Assembly (NCBI RefSeq): GCF_001194135.2
Contig: NC_068997.1
Coordinates: 19,116,035 to 19,150,034 of the forward strand
Source: Octopus bimaculoides
Taxonomy: Eukaryota
Reading direction: 5' to 3'
DNA length: 34,000 nucleotides
The notes beneath the pieces were generated by a model. The model saw only the letters and a program-made list of their open reading frames with translations, ran no database searches and was not told the DNA's origin. Shown piece by piece: positions 20,489 through 31,140 of this stretch; within the stretch, counting starts at the first letter, position 1; each line of letters opens with the position of its first letter. The translations under genes and the position numbers were made by a program.

Positions 20489-20777
20489 NNNNNNNNNNNN
20501 NNNNNNNNNNNNNNNNNNNNNNNNNNNNNNNNNNNNNNNNNNNNNNNNNNNNNNNNNNNNNNNNNNNNNNNNNNNNNNNNNNNNNNNNNNNNNNNNNNNN
20601 NNNNNNNNNNNNNNNNNNNNNNNNNNNNNNNNNNNNNNNNNNNNNNNNNNNNNNNNNNNNNNNNNNNNNNNNNNNNNNNNNNNNNNNNNNNNNNNNNNNN
20701 NNNNNNNNNNNNNNNNNNNNNNNNNNNNNNNNNNNNNNNNNNNNNNNNNNNNNNNNNNNNNNNNNNNNNNNNNNNNN
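20489..20777. other. Assembly gap
   Basis: N run following a ~100-bp tandem unit (ATGGA.CTCTGTC.T.TGACAGTGAT plus (CA)n). Confidence 1.
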
Positions 20778-20983
20778 ACCGCCTGGTTGGCCTTCGTGCC
20801 GGTGGCACGTAAAAGCACCCACTACACTCTCGGAGTGGTTGGCGTTAGGAAGGGCATCCAGCTGTAGAAACTCTGCCAAATCAGATTGGAACCTGGTGCA
20901 GCCATCCGGTTCACCAGTCCTCAGTCAAATCGTCCAACCCATGCTAGCATGGAAAGCGGACGTTAAACGATGATGATGATGAT
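20778..20983 (+). mobile_element. SINE-like family C, 3' part with (GAT)n tail
   Basis: GGCGTTAGGAAGGGCATCCAGCTGTAGAAAC...ACCCATGCTAGCATGGAAAGCGGACGTTAAACGATGATGAT; near-identical to the reverse complement of 27963-28175. Confidence 0.9.
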
Positions 20984-20989
20984 ATATAT

Positions 20990-21213
20990 CTTTTTATCTT
21001 TCTTTTACTTGTTTCAGTCATTTGACTGCAGCCATACTGGAGCACCACCTTGAAAGGTTTTAGCCAAACAAATCGGCTCCCTGGACTTTTTTTTTCAAAG
21101 CCTAATACTTATTCTGTCACTCTCTTTTGCCAAACTGCTAAGTTACGGGGATGCAAACACAGCAACACTGGTTGTCAAGTGATGTTGGGGGTGTGGGGGT
21201 GGACAAAGACAAC

Positions 21214-21257
<44 letters not shown>

Positions 21258-21465
21258 CACACATACACACACACACACATATATATATATACACACACAC
21301 ACACGACGGGCTTCTTTCAGTTTCCGTCTACCATATCCACTCATGGCTTTTGGTCGGCCTGAGGCTATTGTAGAAGACAATCGGCCAAGATGTCATGCAG
21401 TGTCATGAAGTCAGAACTATGTGGTTGAGAAAGAAGCGAGCTTCTAACCATACAGCCCAGCATGT
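20990..21465 (-). mobile_element. SINE family A, full length
   Basis: Complete tail-body-head colinearity with expanded internal (CA)/(TA) tract. Confidence 0.9.
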
Positions 21466-21466
21466 A

Positions 21467-21501
<35 letters not shown>

Positions 21502-21879
21502 GCATTAATGTGCTTCTTTTTCGGATGTATGCACTATTGACGATGTGAAAGCATTGAAATCATTAACTGTGGCTGAATGGTGTTATTCAATGTAACAACA
21601 ATGATGATAATGTTTATATTTAGAACGTGATAATGTTTACATAAAGAGCTTATTCCCTTGACATCTTTATGTGTTTGCACGTGTATCTTCTACACATACA
21701 TGTGTGTGTGTGTATAAATACATATATTAATATATCGCTTAGACACAGTGATACTAATAATCTAGTGTTGAACTCCATAAATGTATACTTCTGAATGAAG
21801 TGTTACTCGATGAGTACAGAGCAGCAATAAGGAAAAAGAACGACAGAGAAATAAACATTTACTGTCTTACGAGCTTCAT

Positions 21880-21914
<35 letters not shown>

Positions 21915-21976
21915 ACAATTAAGGTTCAGTTGAATTAAATACTTAAATTGAGGCATCTCGTTAGTTCGGAATAATA

Positions 21977-22340
21977 TTGTTGTTGTTGGCACTCCGTCGC
22001 TTACGACGTCGATCCGATCAACGGATCCGAAATTAGCGTGCAAGTGGCTGAGCACTCCTCAGACACGTGTACCCTCAACGTAGTTCTCGGGGATATTCAG
22101 CGTGACACTGTGTGACAAGGCTGGCCCTTTGAAATACAGGCACAACAGAAGCAGGAAGTAAGAGTGAGAGAAAGTTGTGGTGAAAGAGTACAGCAGGGTT
22201 CGCCACCATCCCCTGCCGGAGCCTTGTGGAGCTTTAGGTGTTTTCGCTCAATAAACACTCACAACGCCCGGTTTGGGAATCGAAACCACGGTCCTATGAC
22301 CGCGAGTCTGCTGCCCTAACCACTGGGCCATTGCGCCTCC
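21977..22340 (-). mobile_element. SINE family B, full length, tRNA-derived, (AAC)n tail
   Basis: 5' GGAGGCGCAATGGCCCAGTGGTTAGGGCAGCAGACTCGCGG...GGTTTCGATTCCC (clear A and B boxes); 3' CGTCGTAAGCGACGGAGTGCCAACAACAAC. Confidence 0.93.
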
Positions 22341-22561
22341 ACTATACGGAATAATATACACACACAACAATATTAAATATTAAACGTGGTACATAAGTAC
22401 CGGCTGAATGATTTTATTGCAGTGTATGTTTGACAGTTAGATCAAGGTGAGTGAAGAAAGTCGCTCTCAACTGTTCAGACATGTACTTTATGTTAAATAT
22501 ACTGTCCACAATATTTACGAAGTACAGATTCCGAGATAAGGGAATAAAATATAAACGAGCA

Positions 22562-22615
22562 GAGTAACAGAAAGGTACAGGTATCAATCCATACACCTGT
22601 ACTTTTCTGTTACTC
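22562..22615 (+). ncRNA. Pre-miRNA-sized hairpin (candidate)
   Basis: GAGTAACAGAAAGGTACAGGT (22562-22582) pairs with ACCTGTACTTTTCTGTTACTC (22595-22615): 20 Watson-Crick pairs plus one G-U; 12-nt loop. Confidence 0.35.
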
Positions 22616-22621
22616 ATATTT

Positions 22622-22658
<37 letters not shown>

Positions 22659-23157
22659 TATTTCATATATATATATACATATATATAAACTCCCGTTTCA
22701 AATACACACACACACTCGGAGCTTAGCGCTATGGTGTACTTTATCCTTTACCCAACAACTTGTTTATATCTCCTAACAGCACGTGTGAGTGTATGTGTGT
22801 GTGTTGAGTGATAGTGGTGGTGGTGGTAGTGAATGAGTAGAAGTAGTTTTTATTATTACTTCAATAAGCAGTCATAGACCATGCTTTAAAAACAAATCAG
22901 GTGACACAGGTACCTTGGTTAAGGTTAGCAATGGGGGTGGCTGGAATCAGGTGAGCTGTTCATCTGACTAAGACAGGCCGTCACTGCTACTGCTACTGGT
23001 TGCAGAAAAACGGAGTAAAGCAAATATGGTATGTAGCATACAGAAGGTGAACAGCACACCTAACTACACAGCTAGCACCTGTATACAAGCCACATTTGTA
23101 TCTCTGCATCTGAGTGTTTGTGTGTGTGTGTGAAGGTTATATGTTTGTATGAATCTT

Positions 23158-23395
23158 AATTTTCTACTTGTTTGCAGTTATTAGACTGTGGCCATGCTGG
23201 GGTACACCACCATGAAGAATTTTTAGTCAAAAGAATTTGAGCCCAGTAATTTTTTTTTTTTTTTTTTTAAGCCTGGTACTTACTTATTCTATCGATATCT
23301 TTTGCCTAACTGCTAAGTTACGGGAACGTAAATACACCAGGACTGGTTGTCAAACAGTGGTGGGGAACAAACACAGATACAAAGACGCACACACA
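23158..23395 (-). mobile_element. SINE family A, 3' half
   Basis: GACTGTGGCCATGCTGGGGTACACC...CTGCTAAGTTACGGG...GGTTGTCAAAC. Confidence 0.85.
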
Positions 23396-23410
23396 TGTCA
23401 TCGTCATCAT

Positions 23411-23448
<38 letters not shown>

Positions 23449-23639
23449 GCAAAAAAACTCAAGCACTTCTCATATCAAGAAAACACTACCGCACTTCCCC
23501 CAAATATGATTCACCCTCAGCTAGAGTCCTCAAAGTTGTACCAAATACTTGATCTCATTATAATTGGGGATCTTTCCTAGCAAAAACACAGCCTTAACAA
23601 AGTTAGGACTACTTCTGCCAGAAAAAAATTTCAAACCCT

Positions 23640-23885
23640 AGCAATCGCTGATGCACTACAGAGCCCAAGGGAGCCTCCTCATCCAGTGAAGGGCCTCAAC
23701 CGATTGTCATTAAATCACATACACACATACTTTCACACTCTTGCTTCCGGTCTGCAAGCCTGCCGTCCCCATTTTCTGTCTTTCTTATCTCTACTACAAT
23801 GTACTCTGTTCCTCAGAGCCTGCTTGTCTTGTACTTCCTTCACTCAAGAACTCACAACTTACTCATGTCTCCATCTATCATTACC
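23640..23885 (+). mobile_element. Decayed CR1-like LINE 3' end (tentative)
   Basis: Weak similarity to RLSxxSHPF...LWNSLPxS C-terminal motifs (RLSLNHIHTYF; TLFLR/VPQSLL). Confidence 0.35.
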
Positions 23886-23906
23886 CTGTCTCCAACCCCC
23901 TGGCCT

Positions 23907-24244
23907 AGGGTAAAGACACCCCCCCCCACTTCAGTCATGAATGACCATAGGGTTGCACCTAGAAAGTTACCCTCCAAGGCACAAGTCCGAGCAAGGTTGT
24001 TTATGGAAGACCAGCAGTCACCCATGCATACCAGCCACTCCTCTCCATACCACCGATGTTATCTAAGGGAAAGGCAAAGGGGCCGATACAGCTTGGCACC
24101 AGTAACATCGCAACTCATTTCTACAGCTGAGTGAACTGGAACAACATGAAATAAAGTGTCTTGTTCAAGAACACAACACACAGCTCTATCCAGGAATCAA
24201 GCTCACTACCTTACGATTGTGAGCCAGATGCCCTAACCCCTGAG
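23907..24244 (-). mobile_element. SINE family G, CORE-like central domain
   Basis: tRNA-like head GGTTAGGGCATCTGGCTCACAATCGTAAGG, then GTGTTCTTGAACAAGACACTTTATTTCA...TCACTCAGCTGTAGAAATGAG, resembling the CORE-SINE domain (an octopus CORE-SINE, OR2, is known). Confidence 0.85.
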
Positions 24245-24641
24245 ACCTAGTCCTTTCTCAGAGGTCAGAAGTCCAGCTAATATCAGAGGTAATGTGCCTT
24301 TCTCCAGAACCAGGAAATAAAACGTGTACACGTGTCTATATATATATATATATATATATATGCATGTGTGTGTGTGGATATGTCTGTATATACTTATGCA
24401 CACACTTACATGCATATGCATGTAATGTAGACTATGGGGAAACAAATCAATATAGATCAATATTGATTCATACACCAAACCATGGTAACAAAAGAAACTA
24501 ACATGATTTCTTTCTTTGACAAATACACACACACATGCACACACATGCAATAGGCCAGAACATACTGTATAAACAATCAAATTACAATTGTATGTTACAT
24601 ATATGTGTGTGTATACATATATATGTATTGATAATACATAC

Positions 24642-24675
<34 letters not shown>

Positions 24676-25076
24676 CTCTCTGTGTGTGTGTGTGTGTGTA
24701 CACATACATTTAGGTATGTCTGTGTATATGTATACACATATATATAAATGCATGTGTGTGGTATTGTGTCTTTCAAAACTAGACTGTACTTCTAAGCTTG
24801 TTATTACATGGAGACATACGCTTCTGAAACCTTAAACTACAGAACACACACTTCACTAAAGAGATCAGGTAAGGCATGACATTTTAATTCAAGCATAGGG
24901 AAAAAGACGGACTGTTTATCTGCAGGCAAGCAGGTGTCGTAGAGTGACTGGGTGATTTTGGAATGCAAATAAAAGCCATCTTGTCAATTAAACTTTATCA
25001 CAAGTATTAAAGAAACGAAAAAAAGTAATTTATCTCATATGCTAAAGAAACAAAAGAAATAACAAAATAGGAATGA

Positions 25077-25696
25077 CTCTTTCTGTTGTTGGCACAAAGC
25101 CTGAAATTTGAAGAAGGGTCTAGTTGATTACATCGACCCCAGTGCTTGACTAGTACCTATTTCATGAACCTCTGAAAGGATAAAAAAAGCTTAGTCAACC
25201 TCAGTAGAATTTGAACTCAGACCGTTAAGCTGGGAGGTATAACTGCTAAGCATTATGTCAGGTTTAGTAATGATTCTGCCTGTTCACCACTGTAAATACT
25301 ATTTTTTTACTGTAGGCACAAGGCCCGAAATTTTAGGGGAAGGGGCCAGTCAATTAGATCAACCCAGTATGCAACTGGTACTTAATTTATTGACCCTGAA
25401 AGGATGAATGGCAAAGTCAACCTCAGCAGAATTTGAACTCAGAACGTAAAGATAGACTGTAAATACTATTACTAATAATAATTCTTTTTACTGTAGGCAC
25501 AAGGCTTGGATTTTTGTGGGGAGGGGAACATTGATCATATTGACCCTAGTATTTGACTGGTACTTAATTTATTGACCCCGAAAGGATGAAAGGCAAAAGT
25601 TGACTTCAGTGGAATTTGAACTCAGAACATAGTGACAGACAGAATACTGCTAAGCATTTCGCCTAGCAAGCAAATGATTTTGCCAGCTTGCTGCCT
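25077..25696 (-). mobile_element. Three head-to-tail SINE family E copies
   Basis: Copies at about 25077-25289, 25304-25456 and 25480-25696; the middle one is flanked by a perfect 14-bp repeat CTGTAAATACTATT. Confidence 0.9.
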
Positions 25697-25748
25697 TAAT
25701 AGTAATAATAATAATAATAATAATAATGATGATGATGGTGATAATAAT

Positions 25749-26104
25749 AGGGCAACGGACTCACGGTCGTAGGATCGTGGTTTTGATTCCCAGACCGGGC
25801 ATTGTGAGTGTTTATTGAGCGAAAACATCTAAAGTTCCAGAAGGCTCCAGCAGGGGATGGTGGCGAACCCTGCTGTACTCTTTCTACACAACTTTCTCTC
25901 ACTCTTTCTTCCTGTTTCTGTTGTATCTGTATTTCAAAGGGCCAGCCTTGTCACACTGTGTCACGCTGAATCTCCCCGAGAACTACATTAAGGGTACACA
26001 TGTCTGTGGAGTGCTCAGCCACTTGCACGTTAATTTCAAGAGCAAGTTGTTTCGTTGATCGGATCAACTGGAACCCTTGTCGTCGTAACCGACAGAGTGC
26101 CAAC
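25749..26104 (+). mobile_element. SINE family B, slightly 5'-truncated
   Basis: Colinear with reverse complement of 21977-22340; follows (TAA)n/(TGA)n. Confidence 0.92.
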
Positions 26105-26170
26105 CATAAGTTCTTATGTACATAGACATAGGGTCTGAAGTTTAATGAGGAGGCAACTCTTGATAGACAA

Positions 26171-26392
26171 TTTAGCATTTAAACCAGCCATATCTGGTCA
26201 AAATATTCTTCCTGTTTTAAGTTCAAAGTGGCCATATCTGGTTTATCAGTTCTACCCTACAATGTCTTTCTAAAAAATTAACAGTTGGCTCATTGAAATC
26301 TCAAAGCTACAAGATAATGCATGATTAACTTAAAACAATGTGAATAAATAAATATTACTTTTGACAGAATAATGAGAATGCTAAAGTGCTGA
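26171..26392 (+). mobile_element. piggyBac-type MITE
   Basis: Ends TTTAGCATTTAAACC ... GAATGCTAAAG; same family as 27450-27652 and 28650-28960, where TTAA-CCCTTTAGCATT termini are preserved. Confidence 0.8.
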
Positions 26393-26834
26393 ATCATCCT
26401 CAATAATTGATTCGTAGTTTTATTTATCGACTCTAATTGGGTGAAATATAATGTTGACCTTTGTGAGATTTGAACTCAGTATGTAAAAAAAAAAACATAT
26501 GTAAATACTGCAAAGTGATTCTAGGACAACTGCCTCCATATAATTATTGACCTCTGGGCAATTTTCCTAATTAAGAGTAAATTAAGAAAAAGCACAACTG
26601 TGTGGGTGCAAATGAATATTAGTAAAACTAATTAAAGTTTTATATCGTGTTTCATCTAATATCAAATAAGAAGAATTATCAAATAATAGGATTTATTCTT
26701 AGGTCACTATAATTATCCCTCTGAAATTGCTAACTGTGGACTGTACACAAATACAATAATTAATAGCTGCAACAATTAATAATTGCAAAAAATTAATGAT
26801 TACAATGATCAATGATTAATACAATTAATAATTA

Positions 26835-26975
26835 ATCATCACCAACTTTTAATGTCCATCTTTCATGCTAGCATATGGTGGATAGTTTGACTGGATGTGA
26901 TGAGCCAGAGGGCTGCATCAAGTATCCAGTGTCTGTTGGATGCTTTTCCTATACCAACCATTTTACAGAGTTCAG
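26835..26975 (-). mobile_element. SINE-like family C, degenerate 3' end
   Basis: TTTAATGTCCATCTTTCATGCTAGCAT...GGATGCTTTTCCTATACCAACCA. Confidence 0.65.
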
Positions 26976-26988
26976 AGTGTGAGTGCTA

Positions 26989-27401
26989 AGCAGTGATGTA
27001 TATAAATGCAATGTTATTTACAAGTTCAAATATACTTGTGGTGCATACGAACCCACAAGCAAGCTATTCACTGTGTTTTGTCGAGGAGATAATTTCTCAC
27101 TGTAGACAAAAGACGTAAATATACCTAAATTAGCTCGCAGCGCCACCTACACAGACTCTGTGATGCTAGCATTTCAGAGTGTGCTTTGACTCTGTTCAGT
27201 TTCTGTGACTGAAGAGGATATAGCCACTCACAGTCTGGGTAGGTGGTCCTGTGAGCTGATTCAGGTGTATTTACACCTGTTTGTTAACAGCGAAAAATTT
27301 TCTCCATGACAAAACACAGTGAATAACTTGTTTATGTGTTCAAATGTACCACAAGCATATTTGAACTGTTAAATAGCATTGCATTTATACACTTCACTGC
27401 T
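26989..27401. mobile_element. Foldback/long-TIR non-autonomous element, ~413 bp
   Basis: Arm 26989-27157 aligns to the reverse complement of 27232-27401 over ~170 bp at roughly 80 percent identity by eye; flanked by TA (26987-26988, 27402-27403). Confidence 0.88.
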
Positions 27402-27449
27402 TACGATCATGAGCTGAATGCCCCTAACCACTGATCCACGCACCTTCAC

Positions 27450-27652
27450 TTCTGTCAAATGTAATGCTTCTTTATTCATTGTTTTGAATTAATCATGCAT
27501 TATCTTGTAGTTCTGAGGTTTCAGCGATGTGATTACCTATTTTTAGACTGACATTGAAGAGTAGGTGTGACAGGCTAGATCTGACCAGTTTTAACATAAA
27601 ACAGGTGAAATATTTGGACCTGATATGACCAGTTTAAATGCTAAAGAGTTAA
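27450..27652 (-). mobile_element. piggyBac-type MITE
   Basis: Ends TTTAAATGCTAAAGAGTTAA (TTAA 27649-27652); body colinear with the reverse complement of 26171-26392. Confidence 0.85.
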
Positions 27653-27962
27653 AGGATGATGGGAGGGACAGGAACAGGGGTCTTGTTTCAGAGGAGATAT
27701 ACGTGACTTCCAGAACTGGAAAGGGAGAAATGATGGTGACAATGACATGTCAGAGCATAAGCCTCAAGGCACAAGAAGGTAAACATAGGATTATAAATAT
27801 TTATCTGCACCTCTCTTCACCCCAACCCCCATCATGGTGATTTCCAGGACGCAGTTATCAGAGGTTAGTTATACCAATACCCTTTAAAGCATCTTGTTCA
27901 ACATTCAGCTGATGTTTCCAATTCACTACCAATAAAATAAATTCCACAATAAAGCAATATTG

Positions 27963-28467
27963 ATCATCATCATCATGATCATTGTCGTTTAACGTCCGCT
28001 TTCTATGCTAGCATGGGTTGGATGATTTGACTGAGGACTGGTGAACCAGATGGCTACACCAGACTCCAACCTGATTTGGCAGAGTTTCTACAGCTGGATG
28101 CCCTTCCTAACGCCAACCACTCCGAGAGTGTAGTGGGTGCTTTTACGTGCCACTGGCATGAAGGCCAGTCAGGCGGTACTGACAACGGCCACGCTCAAAA
28201 TGGTGTATTTTATGTGCTACCTGCACAGGAGCCAGTCCAGCGGCACTGGCAACGATCTTGCTCAAATGTCTTTTCACGTGCCCGGAAGGCGATGTTGGCA
28301 ACGATCACGCTCAAATGGCGCTATTTACATGCCACCGGCACGGAAGCCAGACAGCTGGTGCTCTGGCAACGATCACGCTCAGATGGTGCTCTTAGTGATC
28401 TACTGGTACAGGTGCCATCACGATTTCGCTTTTGCTTGCCCCAATAAGTCTTCACAAGCCGAGTTTA
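27963..28467 (-). mobile_element. SINE-like family C, long copy with internal tandem array
   Basis: (ATC)n tail; ~60-70-bp unit with (G/A)CAACG(A/G)...GCTCA core repeated about four times (28150-28400). Confidence 0.9.
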
Positions 28468-28649
28468 GTGTTATACAAACACAGTTCTACACTCCCAAAA
28501 GCTGTACATACCTGTAAAACACAAAAATGCACCTGTTGATGCAGCAGAAATGTAAACAAAACTATTGAAAATGTAATGAAAATTAAAATAATTTGGGGTT
28601 AAGAGATGATATGGATGTAGTTACTTAGCTTTACATTAGCCCTAGTTAA

Positions 28650-28960
28650 CCATTCAGCATCCAGATTATTCTGTCTGATCTAATGCTTATTTCTTCACAT
28701 TGTTTTAAATTAGTCATGCATTACCTTGTAGCTTTGAGATTTCAGCAGTGTGATTGTTTGTTTATAGAATGACATTTTAGGATAGGTGTGAGAGGCCAGA
28801 TCTGTTTGTTTGAATGTAAAACAAGTAGAATATTTATACCGCATACGGCTAGTTTAACCCTTTAGCATTCAGATTATTTATTCACATTATTTTGACTTAA
28901 TCATGCATTATCTTGTAACTTCAAAATTTTGATGATGCATTTGTTATTTTTTTTTTAAAT
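28650..28960 (-). mobile_element. Two nested piggyBac-type MITEs
   Basis: First copy starts after TTAA 28646-28649; second starts CCCTTTAGCATTCAGATT after the internal TTAA at 28854-28857. Confidence 0.8.
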
Positions 28961-28966
28961 GTACAT

Positions 28967-29118
28967 GCATGGCAATGTTGGTTAAGAAGTTTTCCGGTTC
29001 AACCTCATGTTTCATCCTCCTCTTCGACCAGGTCTTAAGCAAATGTGTTCTACCATTGCTTCAGGTTGGCCAAAGACTTGAGAGTTAAATTTAGTAGATA
29101 GAAACTGTGTGAAAGCTT
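28967..29118 (+). mobile_element. SINE family A, degenerate 5' half
   Basis: GGTTAAGAAG...CCGGTTCAACC...GGCCAAAGACTTGAGAGT.AATTTAGTAGATAGAAACTG. Confidence 0.6.
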
Positions 29119-30124
29119 AGCAAAGGAATGCTTTTTGTTCTTGGCCCAAGAATGTTCTTATTTCTTTTTGCATATGTCAAATGTCTACCTCTGATTCAGG
29201 AGTGATGATGCCTGTTGAGGCAGAAACACTTGACCATAGTTGTTCCTCACATCAAAAACAAAGATTTTTTTTCACTCAGTTTGTTCAAGTTGTCTCTTTT
29301 TCTCATTCAGAATTGTTAACAATCACCGCTGGGTTTTTGTTTACTTTCTCTATCTGCAATTTTAATATATTAAGAATTTAACGTGTACCCTACATTCTGT
29401 TATACCTTCCTGCCAACTTGCATTTTATATAGAATGTATACACCCACAACTGTAAAGAAAGGACTGAGTAAAGAAAGAAAGAAAGAAAGAAAGAGGAGAG
29501 AGAGAGATTTGATTTAAGTGAGACACAGGTGGTGGTGACAGAGAACAATGAAGTTTAGGTGAATTATGAGAGGTAAAAAAAACATTAGTGGGGTGTGGGG
29601 TGTGTTTTGAAGGGAAGATAAAGAACTTGTGTGGTAGGGTGGGGCGGAAGAGTTTCAAGTCCACAATCCTATTTGAAAATACTATTGTGAATAAGGAAAG
29701 GTGTGTGGATGCTTATGTGCATGTGTGTGTGTGTATGAGAGAGACAGACAGGCAGACAGACAGAGAGGGAGAGAACCAGAATTTCAAACCTGAAGGCCAA
29801 GTTAACACAATAAGCATATATACACACACACACACAAATACATGTAGATGTATGTAGAAATACATACACACACAAGCTGATTTTTTTTTTTTTGTGTGTG
29901 TGGAAAGGGTTTTGTTTGTTTCCTCTGAGATAAAATTCATTATGTCAAGGTCTGTTCTGTATTTGAGAGAGTTAGGTAAGATATAGTTTTTTGTCTAATT
30001 CTAAAAATCCAAACCGACATCCTCCTCCTCCTCCTCCTCCTTCTCTCCCTTCTGATATTTAGTTTCTTGTTGAAGCTGCATGGTCTTGTGGTTAGGGGAT
30101 GAGGCCCGATAACCATAGGGCAGC

Positions 30125-30302
30125 AATTTTGGGGGATGAGTCAATTACATCGACCCCAGTGTTCAACTGGTACTCATTTTATCAAATCCAAAAGGATGAA
30201 AGGTAAAGTTGCCCTCGACAGAATTTGAACTCAGAATGTAGCAATAGATAAAATACCACCAAGCATTTTGTCCAGTGTGCTAACGATCCTGCCAGCTCGC
30301 CA
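30125..30302 (-). mobile_element. SINE family E
   Basis: 5' GGCGAGCTGGCAGGATCGTTAGCAC; GAGTTCAAATTC B-box-like; family body. Confidence 0.88.
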
Positions 30303-30331
30303 CCTTATATATAATATTAGTAATAATAATA

Positions 30332-30475
30332 AGACACATGGCTTTGCGGTTAGAATATCAGGCTCACAATCATAAGGTAGTGAGTTCGATCCCTGGACCT
30401 AGCTGTGTGTTGTGTTCTTGAGCAAGACGCTTTATTTCATGTGGCTCCAGTTCACTCAGTGGAGAATGAGGTCGT
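30332..30475 (+). mobile_element. SINE family G, head plus CORE-like domain only
   Basis: GGCTCACAATCATAAGGTAGTGAGTTCGATCCC then GTGTTCTTGAGCAAGACGCTTTATTTCATG. Confidence 0.85.
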
Positions 30476-30682
30476 CTGTCATCATTTGACAAGGGCCTGA
30501 TATTTTATTTTCTTTACCTGGTAGGAAATATCAAGTCTGTACTTCCAGTATGCTGTAAGTTTGACCGCAATGATTGTTTTTGTATTCCAGGAGACCAAGG
30601 AACATGTCTGCTCAGAGTGATGTTACCATTATCTCCTCTGGGAAAAAACGTCTGCCCTTCAGTCCACTTACAACTGTGCTAT

Positions 30683-30717
<35 letters not shown>

Positions 30718-30719
<2 letters not shown>

Positions 30720-30852
30720 ACAAGCTTCCAAAAAGTTTTACTTGAAAGGTACTGATCGGCTGTAGTAGAAGACACTTGTGCAAGGTGGTATGCAATGGAA
30801 TTGAACCTGAAACCACAGGGGTGGAAAGTGAGCATCTTAACCACACAGCCAT
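30718..30852 (-). mobile_element. SINE family A, 5' part
   Basis: GGCTGTAGTAGAAGACACTTG...TTGAACCTGAAACCAC...CTTAACCACACAGCCAT. Confidence 0.8.
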
Positions 30853-30879
30853 CAAGTTTTTGATTGTTTGTTTTCTAAA

Positions 30880-31140
30880 GTACCTTAGCCTCTGGATGGA
30901 TATCTTTTATCAAGTGTCTTGGTTTCTGGTCTTCCATTTTATTGCTTCTAGGTTCCCCTGTTACAGTGTCTTATCCCTAGAGCTTTCATTTTACTGCACC
31001 TTGACTTCAGATGCCCTTATTTTTCAGTTTCTTAACTAGCTGCTCTGGTTAGACTCCTTCCACGCCTACCCCACACCACTCCTGCAACCATTCGCATTTG
31101 CATGTGTCCATTGTTAGCAGAGTTGCATATATCTGCCATA
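30880..31140 (-). mobile_element. RTE-like LINE ORF 3' remnant (tentative)
   Basis: Minus-strand GHMQMRMVAGVVWGRRGRS resembles the RTE C-terminal GH..RM...G.V.G.R.RGRP motif. Confidence 0.35.

Noticed and set aside
22265-22340. tRNA gene
   Set aside because: tRNA-like A/B boxes continue directly into a SINE body; same for all other tRNA-like heads. No true tRNA, rRNA or CRISPR array seen.
22869-22950. Open frame ending at CAG|GTGAGC (SHRPCFKNKSGDTGTLVKVSNGGGWNQ)
   Set aside because: Weak AAG acceptor, several competing GT sites and no recognisable homology.
23470-23640. Minus-strand KYL/YLG motifs suggesting an RT fragment
   Set aside because: Motifs are short, need frameshifts and appear in different frames.
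27208-27236. CTGAAGA-GG..CC in the foldback spacer, hammerhead-like start
   Set aside because: The obligatory GAAA box is absent.
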